A DNA stretch of 32,709 bases, taken from the IMG/VR virus record IMGVR_UViG_3300012952_000064, positions 1-32,709 of that record. One strand, 5' to 3'. This document shows positions 10,058 through 17,890 of this stretch, one piece after another; position 1 is the first letter of the stretch; the number at the start of each line of letters is the position of its first letter. The position numbers and the translations under genes are program-made. The notes below the pieces were generated by a model. The model did not search any database. It saw only the letters and a list, made by a program, of their open reading frames with translations, and was not told where the DNA came from. This DNA is from a virus (lineage: Duplodnaviria; Caudoviricetes).

Positions 10058-10456
10058 ATGGGACGTTCAACCGAACGTATAGGAAGAAGCGGAGAATACT
10101 TTACTGCCAGCATCCTTTCCCTAATTTCAGACACAGTTTTAATTGTTCCGCACGGAGCAGAAGCAGATATTGTGTTTGATTACAAAAACAAAATATATAA
10201 ATGCCAAGTTAAAACAAAATCAAAAAAAGGAAAGTATAAAAGTTCTTGGCGTTTTGATTTACGCAGAGGTTCACATAGTAAGTCACGGGCTTTTAAAAAA
10301 AACAGTATAGATTTATTTGCTTTGGTTTCTTTAGAGTATATGAATGTTTTGTTTTTTCCTTATCAAAAGAAAGGCAGTCTTTATATAAAAGAAGAAGATA
10401 TGAAAGAAAAAGAGTCTATAAAGTCCTTCCACGAAGCTATGAAATTAGTTAGCTAA
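10058..10456 (+). CDS. PD-(D/E)XK endonuclease
   Basis: N-terminal GRSGE helix; ADIVFD...CQVKT catalytic motif; IDLFALV strand. Confidence 0.75.
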   Translation: MGRSTERIGRSGEYFTASILSLISDTVLIVPHGAEADIVFDYKNKIYKCQVKTKSKKGKYKSSWRFDLRRGSHSKSRAFKKNSIDLFALVSLEYMNVLFFPYQKKGSLYIKEEDMKEKESIKSFHEAMKLVS

Positions 10457-10464
10457 GAATCAAA

Positions 10465-10674
10465 CTAAATAGACTTTACGTCAAAAGTGATATTAGCTTC
10501 TTGGTCCTTAGTATTTATGCCTACTTGTAATAAATACTCGGCAACTTCTTCTGGGCTCTTATCATTTTTAACAGCAAACTCATTTAATTGATTCACGATA
10601 TATCTATTCAACCAAACAGCTTTACGGTTGTTTCGTTTGTTATAGATAGGATCATTAAAATCTTTTAATAACAT
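10465..10674 (-). CDS. Ribbon-helix-helix (Arc/CopG-like) transcriptional regulator
   Basis: RKAVWLN strand, helix YIVNQLNEFAVKN, then SPEEVAEYLLQVGI; divergent from the replication operon. Confidence 0.65.
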   Translation of the reverse strand: MLLKDFNDPIYNKRNNRKAVWLNRYIVNQLNEFAVKNDKSPEEVAEYLLQVGINTKDQEANITFDVKSI

Positions 10675-10682
10675 TGTTAAAA

Positions 10683-10723
10683 ATACTTGTTTTTATGAAC
10701 AAGTATGTTTATTATAGAACATA
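10683..10723. promoter_or_regulatory. Divergent promoter/operator region
   Basis: Rightward -35 TTGTTT (10687) N17 -10 TATTAT (10710); leftward TATAAT (complement of 10711-10716); inverted repeats ATACTTGTT-N6-AACAAGTAT (10683-10706) and TATGTT-N8-AACATA (10704-10723). Confidence 0.6.
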
Positions 10724-10744
10724 TTAGTTCAAAAGGGGAAATAT

Positions 10745-10963
10745 ATGGAAACAAATGTAAAACAGTTTGATCCACAAAAATGTATTACTGAAGAGGACTT
10801 AGCCGATAGATGGGGCATAACTAAAAGGACTCTACAAAATAGAAGATATAAAAGAAATTGTCCTAATTTCTGGCGACCTAACGGTAATACGGTTTTGTAC
10901 GATTTAGATGACGTTATCAGAATGGAAAACGAATCCTTTGTTTCTTTTGATGAGTCACGCTAA
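10745..10963 (+). CDS. Excisionase/AlpA/MerR-like winged HTH DNA-binding protein
   Basis: ITEEDLADRWGITKRTLQNRR...P.F...VLYDLDDV pattern; GGGG SD at 10735. Confidence 0.8.
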   Translation: METNVKQFDPQKCITEEDLADRWGITKRTLQNRRYKRNCPNFWRPNGNTVLYDLDDVIRMENESFVSFDESR

Positions 10964-11693
10964 ATATGGACCTTCGGCAGCAGAGAAATGGACTAAGTGT
11001 CCTGCTATGCCAACACTTGTAAGACAGGCGGATTACAAAGTTGGTGTACCTGCTGCCACAGGTACATTAATTCACCAAATGACAGAAATGGTTTTAAAAG
11101 AAAGATTAGACAACGCCACGCTGAACGATTATTGGTTAGGCACAAAGCACACAGTAGAGGACTTTGTAATAGAAGTAGATGAGGACATGATTGATTGTGC
11201 TGAAATGTATGTAGATTACATAAACAAAAGAACAGAAGAACTAAACGGTAAATTATTAATAGAAGAAAAAGTTTATCTATCAGAGATAAGCCCTGATCTA
11301 TGGGGTACTGCTGATGCCATTATATTAACCAAAGAAAAAATAGCAGTCATAGATTTAAAGTCTGGTAAGTATCCAGTAGATGTAGATAACAACATGCAGT
11401 TAAAGATATATGCTTTAGGTGCGTTAGCTCGTTACGGAGATGAAAATACTTTAATTGAATCAACTATCGTACAACCGAGAGCAAGACATAAGAATGGCAA
11501 GATAAGGTCAACAGAATATAGTGCAGAGAACTTAGTTAACTGGGCTGACGAGTTTCTAACACCGGCAATAGTAAGGTGTGAGGAAGAGGAACCTGAGTAT
11601 GTATATGGCGATCATTGTCGCTTTTGTAATGCAAGGGATATTTGTAATACTTATAAATTTAATACAGGAGTAAAAAATGACAGAAGAAAATAA
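10950..11693 (+). CDS. Cas4-like / DUF2800 PD-(D/E)XK exonuclease with Fe-S staple
   Basis: Start MSHAKYGPSAAEKWTKCP at 10950; GTLIH; WGTADAI...VIDLKSG; QLKIYALG; C-terminal CRFCNARDIC. Confidence 0.88.
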   Translation: MSHAKYGPSAAEKWTKCPAMPTLVRQADYKVGVPAATGTLIHQMTEMVLKERLDNATLNDYWLGTKHTVEDFVIEVDEDMIDCAEMYVDYINKRTEELNGKLLIEEKVYLSEISPDLWGTADAIILTKEKIAVIDLKSGKYPVDVDNNMQLKIYALGALARYGDENTLIESTIVQPRARHKNGKIRSTEYSAENLVNWADEFLTPAIVRCEEEEPEYVYGDHCRFCNARDICNTYKFNTGVKNDRRK

Positions 11694-11943
11694 GTCACCT
11701 GAGGGCGATACCTTTAGGTTTTCGGATGATGGTCCGGAATACAAGGTGGATGATTTATCTGAAGAAGACAAATTAGTTTTTGCAAAGGTAAATTTTCTAA
11801 ACAATCAAAATGCCAAGCTAAATCAAGAGGTTGCTGAAACTAATCTTAGGATTGAAGCGAATCAAGTTTTGGCTCAAGCGTTAAGTGAAAAACTTAAAGA
11901 AGCTGTTGAGCCGAAAGTAGAGGTGCCTGATGAGTCTAGCTGA
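11677..11943 (+). CDS. Hypothetical coiled-coil protein
   Basis: 88 aa; AGGAG SD; overlaps both neighbours. Confidence 0.65.
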   Translation: MTEENKSPEGDTFRFSDDGPEYKVDDLSEEDKLVFAKVNFLNNQNAKLNQEVAETNLRIEANQVLAQALSEKLKEAVEPKVEVPDESS

Positions 11944-12667
11944 TATTAGAGAAAAGAGTAAGTTAAAGAGTCCCCGTATAGTATTGTACGGTGGTGCGGG
12001 CGTAGGCAAAACTACGTGGGCTGCGACAACTAAAAACCCTATCTTTATTCTGACAGAAGATGGTATGGGTAAGGTTGAAGCACCTCACTTCCCGTTAGCG
12101 ACATCGTTTGACAAAGTTATAGAGAACTTAAAAACATTGCTCAATGAAGACCACAATTACTCTACCGTAGTCATTGATTCTATTGACTGGTTAGAGCCAT
12201 TGATCTGGAACAAAGCTTGTGAAGATAATAACTGGCGTTCTATTGAACAGCCCGGCTATGGTAAAGGCTATGTAGAAGTTCTTAGATACTTCAGAGAATA
12301 CATAGACATTCTTAATCAGCTAAGAGATCAAAAGAATATGATGGTCTTACAAATAGCACACTCACACATTATTAAATTTGAAAGCCCAGAGATAGAAGCC
12401 TTTGATAGATTTACTCTCAAGCTTCATCGCAAAGCTTCTGATTTAATTCTTGAGCATAGTGATTGTTGTTTCTTTGCTAACTTTAAACTTGGTACTGCAC
12501 AAGTACAGGGTAAAGGTGGCAAGATGACAACCAAAGCTGTTCAAGGTGAGCGAGTTCTGTACACCATTGAAAGACCTGCGTTCTTAGCAAAGAACAGATA
12601 CGGTCTGGAAGCAGAACTTAAATTTGATTCTTGGGATACCGTCCGTGAAGGCATTGTTAAAAAGTAA
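11930..12667 (+). CDS. Sak4-like ssDNA-annealing ATPase (AAA_24)
   Basis: Walker A YGGAGVGKT; Walker B VVIDSIDWLE; GYGKGY; IAHS; AKNRY. Confidence 0.9.
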   Translation: MSLADIREKSKLKSPRIVLYGGAGVGKTTWAATTKNPIFILTEDGMGKVEAPHFPLATSFDKVIENLKTLLNEDHNYSTVVIDSIDWLEPLIWNKACEDNNWRSIEQPGYGKGYVEVLRYFREYIDILNQLRDQKNMMVLQIAHSHIIKFESPEIEAFDRFTLKLHRKASDLILEHSDCCFFANFKLGTAQVQGKGGKMTTKAVQGERVLYTIERPAFLAKNRYGLEAELKFDSWDTVREGIVKK

Positions 12668-12677
12668 AAGTGTCAAT

Positions 12678-12869
12678 ATGGAAGAGGTAGAACAAGCTTT
12701 AAAAAAAATGGAAGCTGATTACAAATACTACACAAAGTTATTAGATAACAAAGAATCTGTAATCAACCTTCCGATTGGTGGGGAGTATAGTTTTCATGCG
12801 TTTCTTATCGCATTGAAAGAAGTTAAAGAAGACTTACAACCTAGTTATTCACGCTACAAAATGCAATAG
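12678..12869 (+). CDS. Hypothetical protein
   Basis: Fills the gap between Sak4 and SSB; likely start MEEVEQ at 12678. Confidence 0.5.
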   Translation: MEEVEQALKKMEADYKYYTKLLDNKESVINLPIGGEYSFHAFLIALKEVKEDLQPSYSRYKMQ

Positions 12870-12878
12870 GAAAATATT

Positions 12879-13421
12879 ATGAGCGACTTAAAACAATTTA
12901 CAGGCGATTTAGATTTAACCGACAACATGCCGGCTAATGAAAATATCGAAGAGGGGATGCACAATCTTACGTGCGTTGAAGAAAGTATAGTTGAGCAATC
13001 AATTACTAATAATCAAGAAAAGTATGGTAGCTATCTAACTAAACAAGTATTTAAGTTCAAGATTGGTGACACCAATATGAAGACTAAGTTTGAATACGTG
13101 ATTGGTTCTGAGAATCAAGCAGGTTCACAAGCTTGGGCTTCAGTCAATATCAAAAAGATGAGTACGCTATTTGAAGCTGCGGGTTTAGATAGAAAAAGTT
13201 TTTTTGATTCTATGCAAACTGATTACTTAGTTGGTAAACAAGTAAGTGCTGAAATAGAACACGATGGTTCTTACTTCAATATTGTTGATAAAGATTTTAA
13301 AACTTTTGACAAAGCCACTAACGGTTCAGGTGAAGTAAAACAAGCGGTCGTAGAAAAGGAAGAGTCAACTCCTGTAAAGGAAGAGTCAACTGGTATTGTT
13401 GATGACGAAATCCCTTTCTAG
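12879..13421 (+). CDS. ssb: Single-stranded DNA-binding protein (DUF669-like)
   Basis: Acidic C-terminal tip DDEIPF; LVGKQVSAEI motif; SSBs normally accompany Sak4. Confidence 0.8.
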   Translation: MSDLKQFTGDLDLTDNMPANENIEEGMHNLTCVEESIVEQSITNNQEKYGSYLTKQVFKFKIGDTNMKTKFEYVIGSENQAGSQAWASVNIKKMSTLFEAAGLDRKSFFDSMQTDYLVGKQVSAEIEHDGSYFNIVDKDFKTFDKATNGSGEVKQAVVEKEESTPVKEESTGIVDDEIPF

Positions 13422-13806
13422 ACTTGATTATTTTTTAAGACACAACAGACAATCTTTATGTGCTTATTGTAAAGCACCAATACAGGGTTTGTTTGTTGCT
13501 GTCGGAGGAAGTGTATACGGGGCTTGTTCTATGGAACATAGTGATAAAATTTTGAAAGGAGAAAGGCTACCACGAGTAGCTTATGCAAACGAAGAGGGCG
13601 TTAAGTATGCTGTCAAACAATCAAAGGATACTTACGTCACTCTGAGTAAAGATAACGATTCTTTTGTGTTGCATGAATGGACACAAAAAGATAGGGAAAA
13701 ATTATTTGCTGAGGTAATTTTAAATTTTTTAGATTATGCTAACGAGCAGGCTAAAACTGGTAATTTAGATAAGATAACGAAGATAATTAATGAGCGATCT
13801 GACTGA
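13396..13806 (+). CDS. Hypothetical protein with zinc-binding motif
   Basis: CAYC...ACSMEH; overlaps the primase-helicase start. Confidence 0.65.
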   Translation: MLMTKSLSRLDYFLRHNRQSLCAYCKAPIQGLFVAVGGSVYGACSMEHSDKILKGERLPRVAYANEEGVKYAVKQSKDTYVTLSKDNDSFVLHEWTQKDREKLFAEVILNFLDYANEQAKTGNLDKITKIINERSD

Positions 13807-15640
13807 GTTTTTTAGAAACTTTGACAAGAAATCAATCTCATCTTTTGTTCATGCCAATGAGCAAAGGTCTACTGATGATTTAATAAAAGAAATGAACGAA
13901 GCGGGACTGCGTGTCAATTACTTAGACACGACTGGTTCTTTAGTTCGTGTGCCGGTGTTGTCAAGCGGGCAAGCAAGAGGAGATAGATCACAAGAACGTA
14001 GCGGTTGGTATTGTTGTAATCAATTAGCCAACGGACAATACGTTGCTTTGTACGGTAACTGGCGGACAGGTGAAGAACATAAATGGACTTCATATAATTC
14101 AGAAAGTTTGTCAGTAGCACAACAACAAGAGTTACGTGATCTGTTAGAAAAGAACAGACTAGAACAAGAAGAAAATAAACGTATAAAACAGAACGAAGTT
14201 GCCAAAGATGTGCAATCTAGATACGAGCGTTCTGAGGAGATTTTTGACCATCCATACCTAGACCATAAAGGCATTAAAAATTATGGCTTACGTGAGCTTT
14301 CTGGGGCTCTAATCGTACCAATTTACAACATAGAAGGAGAACTACGTTCTTTGCAGTACATTCGTGGTAAGAAAGGCGAAAAAAGATTTGTTTCTGGTGG
14401 CGAAATAAAAGGTAATTTACATTTAATCGGAACTGACTTTGCGTCTCTGAAGCAACTCAGCCAAATCGTTATCTGTGAAGGATACGCAACGTCAGCTTCC
14501 GTCAGGATGGCTACTAACTCTCCAGTAGCCATCTGCTTTTCTGCTAACTTTGCTTATGACGTAGTTAAGAATCTTCGCAAGAAAACCGATTGCGAAATCG
14601 TACTGGCTTTAGACAATGACGAATCAGGACTGGGGGCAAAGAAAGCTCAACACATACAAAACGATTTTTTTAACATCAAGGTTAGATTGCCCTCAGAAGT
14701 TGGCGACTTTAACGACTTACACTTAGCTAAAGGTTTAGATCAAGTTAGGTTAGACATACTTAACAAAGGTTTAGGCTTACGCAATCTTAGTATTAAAACT
14801 TTTACCGAAGACCCGCCACCAAGAGAATGGTTGATAGAAGGGTTACTAGAATTAGGTAAGCCCGCAGTTTTAGCTAGTATCGGTGGTATTGGTAAGTCAG
14901 GAACAGTTATCTCAAGTGCCTTAGAGATAGCCGGTTGCGGTTCTGGGGAGTTTTTAGGTAAAAAAATTAACTCGCATGGCGATTGTCTGATCGTAAGTTG
15001 TGAAGATGATTCGCAAGAACTCCATAGACGGATAGCAAGTATCGACCCAGAAGGTAAAAGATTTAAGTCAGACCATGACGTATTTGTGTATACCGTGCCC
15101 GATAAACCTAAACCGTTGATCTTTTTACAAGATGATAGTCAAGGTCTACGTTTAAGCGATCAGGCGTACGAATTCTTAGATGAACTCAATAGCTTTGATA
15201 ACTTACGTATGGTCGTGCTCGACCCAATACAATCGTTGGTACAAGCACCGATTACTACGAGTCAAGAAGCTGCTCAGTTGTATACTCAGTTCGTAGCTTC
15301 GATTGCTAGTAAGTTAAACGTAGTTTGCTTGAGTGTGCATCATATGAGTAAGCTCGGTCTGCAAGGGGCGGATTTATCAGACTTGGATTTAAGATCGGCA
15401 ATCAGAGGTAGTTCAGCCCTCGTTGATGGTCATAGATTAGCGTGGATATTAGCACCGGAGAAAGAAGAACGAGTTAAATCTATTTGTGCGGAGGAAGGGC
15501 TAGACTACGATCGTTTCCGTGTGGTTAGGTCGCAAGTAGTTAAAGCTAACAGTAGCGAAGTAGATACCAACATGAAAACTTTAATCAGACGCAAAGCATT
15601 TTTAGAACTATACGAAAGGAGGTCGTTTACATGGGAATAG
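13790..15640 (+). CDS. Primase-helicase (TOPRIM + RepA/AAA_25 helicase)
   Basis: YLDHKGI, SLQYI, ICEGYATS, ALDND, GDFNDL (TOPRIM); WLIEGLL, GGIGKS Walker A, MVVLDP Walker B, VHHMSK, IRGSSAL. Confidence 0.92.
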   Translation: MSDLTEFFRNFDKKSISSFVHANEQRSTDDLIKEMNEAGLRVNYLDTTGSLVRVPVLSSGQARGDRSQERSGWYCCNQLANGQYVALYGNWRTGEEHKWTSYNSESLSVAQQQELRDLLEKNRLEQEENKRIKQNEVAKDVQSRYERSEEIFDHPYLDHKGIKNYGLRELSGALIVPIYNIEGELRSLQYIRGKKGEKRFVSGGEIKGNLHLIGTDFASLKQLSQIVICEGYATSASVRMATNSPVAICFSANFAYDVVKNLRKKTDCEIVLALDNDESGLGAKKAQHIQNDFFNIKVRLPSEVGDFNDLHLAKGLDQVRLDILNKGLGLRNLSIKTFTEDPPPREWLIEGLLELGKPAVLASIGGIGKSGTVISSALEIAGCGSGEFLGKKINSHGDCLIVSCEDDSQELHRRIASIDPEGKRFKSDHDVFVYTVPDKPKPLIFLQDDSQGLRLSDQAYEFLDELNSFDNLRMVVLDPIQSLVQAPITTSQEAAQLYTQFVASIASKLNVVCLSVHHMSKLGLQGADLSDLDLRSAIRGSSALVDGHRLAWILAPEKEERVKSICAEEGLDYDRFRVVRSQVVKANSSEVDTNMKTLIRRKAFLELYERRSFTWE

Positions 15641-15867
15641 ATAAGATAAATAAACCGCCACACTATAACCAAGGCGAGATTGAATCCATTGATTACATAG
15701 AGCAACAATTAGGCGATAAGTTTGATGCGTATTTAGAGGGCAATGTCTTGAAATATTTGCATAGATATAAATACAAAGGCAAACCAAATGACGATTTAAA
15801 AAAGGCAAATTGGTATTTAACCAGATTAATATTATTGAAGGAGGTAGCACGTGGGAAAAGGCGATAA
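15631..15867 (+). CDS. DUF3310 (SaV / T7 gp1.7-like) protein
   Basis: INKPPHY, IESIDYI, GNVLKYLHRYKYK, DLKKANWYL. Confidence 0.88.
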   Translation: MGIDKINKPPHYNQGEIESIDYIEQQLGDKFDAYLEGNVLKYLHRYKYKGKPNDDLKKANWYLTRLILLKEVARGKRR

Positions 15868-15982
15868 ACCAAGACCGTATGATCGAGATAAATTTAACGA
15901 AAACTTTGACAAGATTTTCGGCAAAAAGAAGGCAAAACAGGAGGAAAAAAAGCCAAGGGATATGGAAGGTTCTTCCATATAG
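15851..15982 (+). CDS. Small phage protein (43 aa), missed by ORF track
   Basis: GGAGGT SD at 15840, GTG start: MGKGDKPRPYDRDKFNENFDKIFGKKK...; ends inside the first iteron. Confidence 0.6.
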   Translation: MGKGDKPRPYDRDKFNENFDKIFGKKKAKQEEKKPRDMEGSSI

Positions 15983-16101
15983 TGTGGAAGGTTCTTCCAT
16001 ACTAAGTAGAAGGTTCTTCCATATAGAGTAGTAAAACCTTCCACTATATCCGTATACGTATACTTATACGTATAGAGAGAAGGTTCAAAAAACCTTCTCT
16101 C
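15961..16101. repeat. Probable replication origin: 22-bp iterons, palindromes and hairpin
   Basis: GAAGGTTCTTCCATA at 15965, 15987, 16009; in-phase partial/inverted copy at 16031; TATACGTATA at 16053 and 16065; GAGAGAAGGTT-CAAAA-AACCTTCTCTC at 16075-16101. Confidence 0.75.
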
Positions 16102-16112
16102 AAAATAGAGTT

Positions 16113-16532
16113 ATGTTAGAAGATTATTGGTGGATACAGGATAGTTTTAATGAGGACGCAGACACGGACTTTCTCGTCCGTACGTCCGTACGTGAACGGT
16201 ATAAAAGTTACAATGATTTACGGAGAGTTCTCTGGAAGTGGTATCGAGTACGTGCGGGGTATAAGCATTTGAGTGCGAGTGCTAAGTTAGTTTTATATGC
16301 GGTCGTGGAAAGGTTTAGATGGGAAACGTGGTCTTCGCATGATGCTTATAGGTATTATGCAAAGATGACAGGGTTGACACCGAAGACAGTAGGGCGGTGT
16401 GTAGATGAGTTAGTGGCGGATAAGATATTGGTTATTGCAGTAGAAGGGGAACATAAGTTATTGAAGAAAGCTCGTTCGGGGGTACGTAAGCATTTGTTAT
16501 TGAGACAAGTGAGTACGCTTCTTGGAGAGTGA
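16113..16532 (+). CDS. Winged-helix DNA-binding protein (HTH_36 / replication-initiator-like)
   Basis: LSASAKLVLYAV...YAKMTGLTPKTVGRCVDELVADKIL resembles initiator N-terminal wHTH domains; adjacent to iterons. Confidence 0.7.
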   Translation: MLEDYWWIQDSFNEDADTDFLVRTSVRERYKSYNDLRRVLWKWYRVRAGYKHLSASAKLVLYAVVERFRWETWSSHDAYRYYAKMTGLTPKTVGRCVDELVADKILVIAVEGEHKLLKKARSGVRKHLLLRQVSTLLGE

Positions 16533-16560
16533 GTAAACAATGGATTTAAGAAGCGTACTC
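16511..16560. terminator. 13-bp perfect inverted repeat at the convergence of replication and early operons
   Basis: GAGTACGCTTCTT (16511-16523) / AAGAAGCGTACTC (16548-16560), 24-nt loop, no clear U-tract. Confidence 0.4.
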
Positions 16561-16570
16561 GGGGGATTCG

Positions 16571-16705
16571 TTAGTTCGTGCGTGTTTGCTTGTCTTCAAG
16601 TATTTGTATTTGTCTAATCAATCGCCTACGTGAACGTGGAGACATTATATCGCCTTCTAGTTCGAGTGTGCGTTTTTTTATGTACAGGCGTTCGTCAATG
16701 TTCAT
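16571..16705 (-). CDS. Small early protein (44 aa), missed by ORF track
   Basis: MNIDERLYIKKRTLELEGDIMSPRSRRRLIRQIQILEDKQTRTN; GAGGA SD; overlaps end of upstream gene. Confidence 0.6.
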   Translation of the reverse strand: MNIDERLYIKKRTLELEGDIMSPRSRRRLIRQIQILEDKQTRTN

Positions 16706-16973
16706 ATGTCCTCATTTTTTTTATTTTATTTAAAGCGTTACCAATCACATCATCAAGAATAGGCTTAACAGATTTGTAGTTCTTAATTTTTTCATCAGCA
16801 ATAGGTCTGGAATATTCATTGCAATTTTCTAAATAAATCCACGCTTCATGAAAAACATTTGATAATTCTCTGCATAATTTCTTTTCTATTTCGGTTTTAA
16901 TAAGAGACTCCATTTCTAAATCTATTTCTGTTAAAACCTCTTCTCCTAATTTTACTAATTTAGCTTTATTCAT
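16695..16973 (-). CDS. Early hypothetical protein
   Basis: 92 aa; AGGAG SD; 4-nt overlap with upstream gene. Confidence 0.75.
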   Translation of the reverse strand: MNKAKLVKLGEEVLTEIDLEMESLIKTEIEKKLCRELSNVFHEAWIYLENCNEYSRPIADEKIKNYKSVKPILDDVIGNALNKIKKMRTYEH

Positions 16974-17200
16974 TTGTCTTCTCCTAGTATTTCTCGCATC
17001 TTTTCTATGGCATTGTCTATGTCAGTTAATGTACCTAATAGATAAACTCCGTAACCTATTTCATCATTTGCAAAAGCGTCCATAGCGGGTTGAAAAGATT
17101 TTAAGTGTTCTTCTTCGTAAACCATTTTTAAATATGAATGTAAGGTTTCTAAGTCTTGCTTATCAACCTTTAACATTTCTGGTTTTATTTTAGTTTTCAT
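16970..17200 (-). CDS. Early hypothetical protein
   Basis: 76 aa; AGGAG SD; 4-nt overlap with upstream gene. Confidence 0.75.
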   Translation of the reverse strand: MKTKIKPEMLKVDKQDLETLHSYLKMVYEEEHLKSFQPAMDAFANDEIGYGVYLLGTLTDIDNAIEKMREILGEDK

Positions 17201-17508
17201 TTATTTTCTCCTAGTACGTAATCCATAAGTTTTTCTAAAATTAAATCTTCGTTGTGTTCCCAATACTCGTTAATGCTTTCTATGGGTTCTTCGTTGTAGC
17301 CTTTCCGTTCTCTGTTAGCTTCTTTGTGCATGGCTCGACCTACTGAAACTAACTTGTTGGTTAGTTGCTCAAGGACGTTTAAAGATTCTTTTGTTAAAGT
17401 CCATGCATCATCTATTTCTTGCTCGTGGACTGAATATATTTCTGGTCTACCTTCTTCAAATAAAGCATTTTCTATTATGTCTATACACTCTTCTATGGTT
17501 CTAGTCAT
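17197..17508 (-). CDS. Early hypothetical acidic protein
   Basis: Likely start MTRTIEECID at 17508 (AGGAG SD, ATGA overlap) rather than 17556. Confidence 0.72.
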   Translation of the reverse strand: MTRTIEECIDIIENALFEEGRPEIYSVHEQEIDDAWTLTKESLNVLEQLTNKLVSVGRAMHKEANRERKGYNEEPIESINEYWEHNEDLILEKLMDYVLGENK

Positions 17509-17759
17509 TGGTATATCTCTCCTGTTACGCACTTTCTCATGTAAGTGTCGTTCCATTTAAACTTCTTTGCATCAAAAGAGTTCTCACACTCTCCGTAAAA
17601 ATTAGTTATGTTGTAAAGATCAACTTCATGTTCATCTTTAAAGTGTATAAAAAAATAATCGCCAATACGTTGAGCTTTAATTATGTCTTCTGGTTCGTAA
17701 GAGTGTCCTCGGTTGCCTAAGTATTGAATTGCATTTTCTATCTGTTCTTTGTTACTCAT
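17505..17759 (-). CDS. Early hypothetical protein
   Basis: 84 aa; GGAGG SD; ATGA overlap. Confidence 0.72.
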   Translation of the reverse strand: MSNKEQIENAIQYLGNRGHSYEPEDIIKAQRIGDYFFIHFKDEHEVDLYNITNFYGECENSFDAKKFKWNDTYMRKCVTGEIYQ

Positions 17760-17890
17760 GCTTCCTCCATGTTCATATAAGCTTCATGGCATATTTCACA
17801 GCCACAAGTTTCATTATTAACATACTCAACTTTACTCCCACAAACTTTGCATGGTTTTATTGTGATAGTAAATTCATTCCAGATAATCAT
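17756..17890 (-). CDS. Small zinc-ribbon protein (44 aa), missed by ORF track
   Basis: AGGAGG SD; MIIWNEFTITIKPCKVCGSKVEYVNNETCGCEICHEAYMNMEEA; ATGA overlaps at both ends. Confidence 0.7.
   Translation of the reverse strand: MIIWNEFTITIKPCKVCGSKVEYVNNETCGCEICHEAYMNMEEA

Noticed and set aside
10697-10730. GAAC/GTTC motifs as a LexA SOS box
   Set aside because: Spacing (GAAC-N6-GTTC) matches neither the Firmicute GAAC-N4-GTTC nor the alphaproteobacterial GTTC-N7-GTTC consensus
13355-13391. 16-bp direct repeat AAAGGAAGAGTCAACT with period 21
   Set aside because: In-frame 7-aa duplication in the disordered SSB linker; no sign of a regulatory role
15810-16044. ORF-track calls 15810..16031 (+), 15832..16044 (-) and 15608..16000 (-)
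   Set aside because: They run through the iteron repeats and lack an SD; the GTG ORF 15851..15982 with GGAGGT is better supported
15961-16050. Palindromic direct repeats as a mini-CRISPR array (a Cas4-like gene is nearby)
   Set aside because: Period is only 22 bp with about 7-nt gaps, far too short for spacers; no cas1/cas2; the Cas4-like gene sits in a standard Sak4/SSB recombination module
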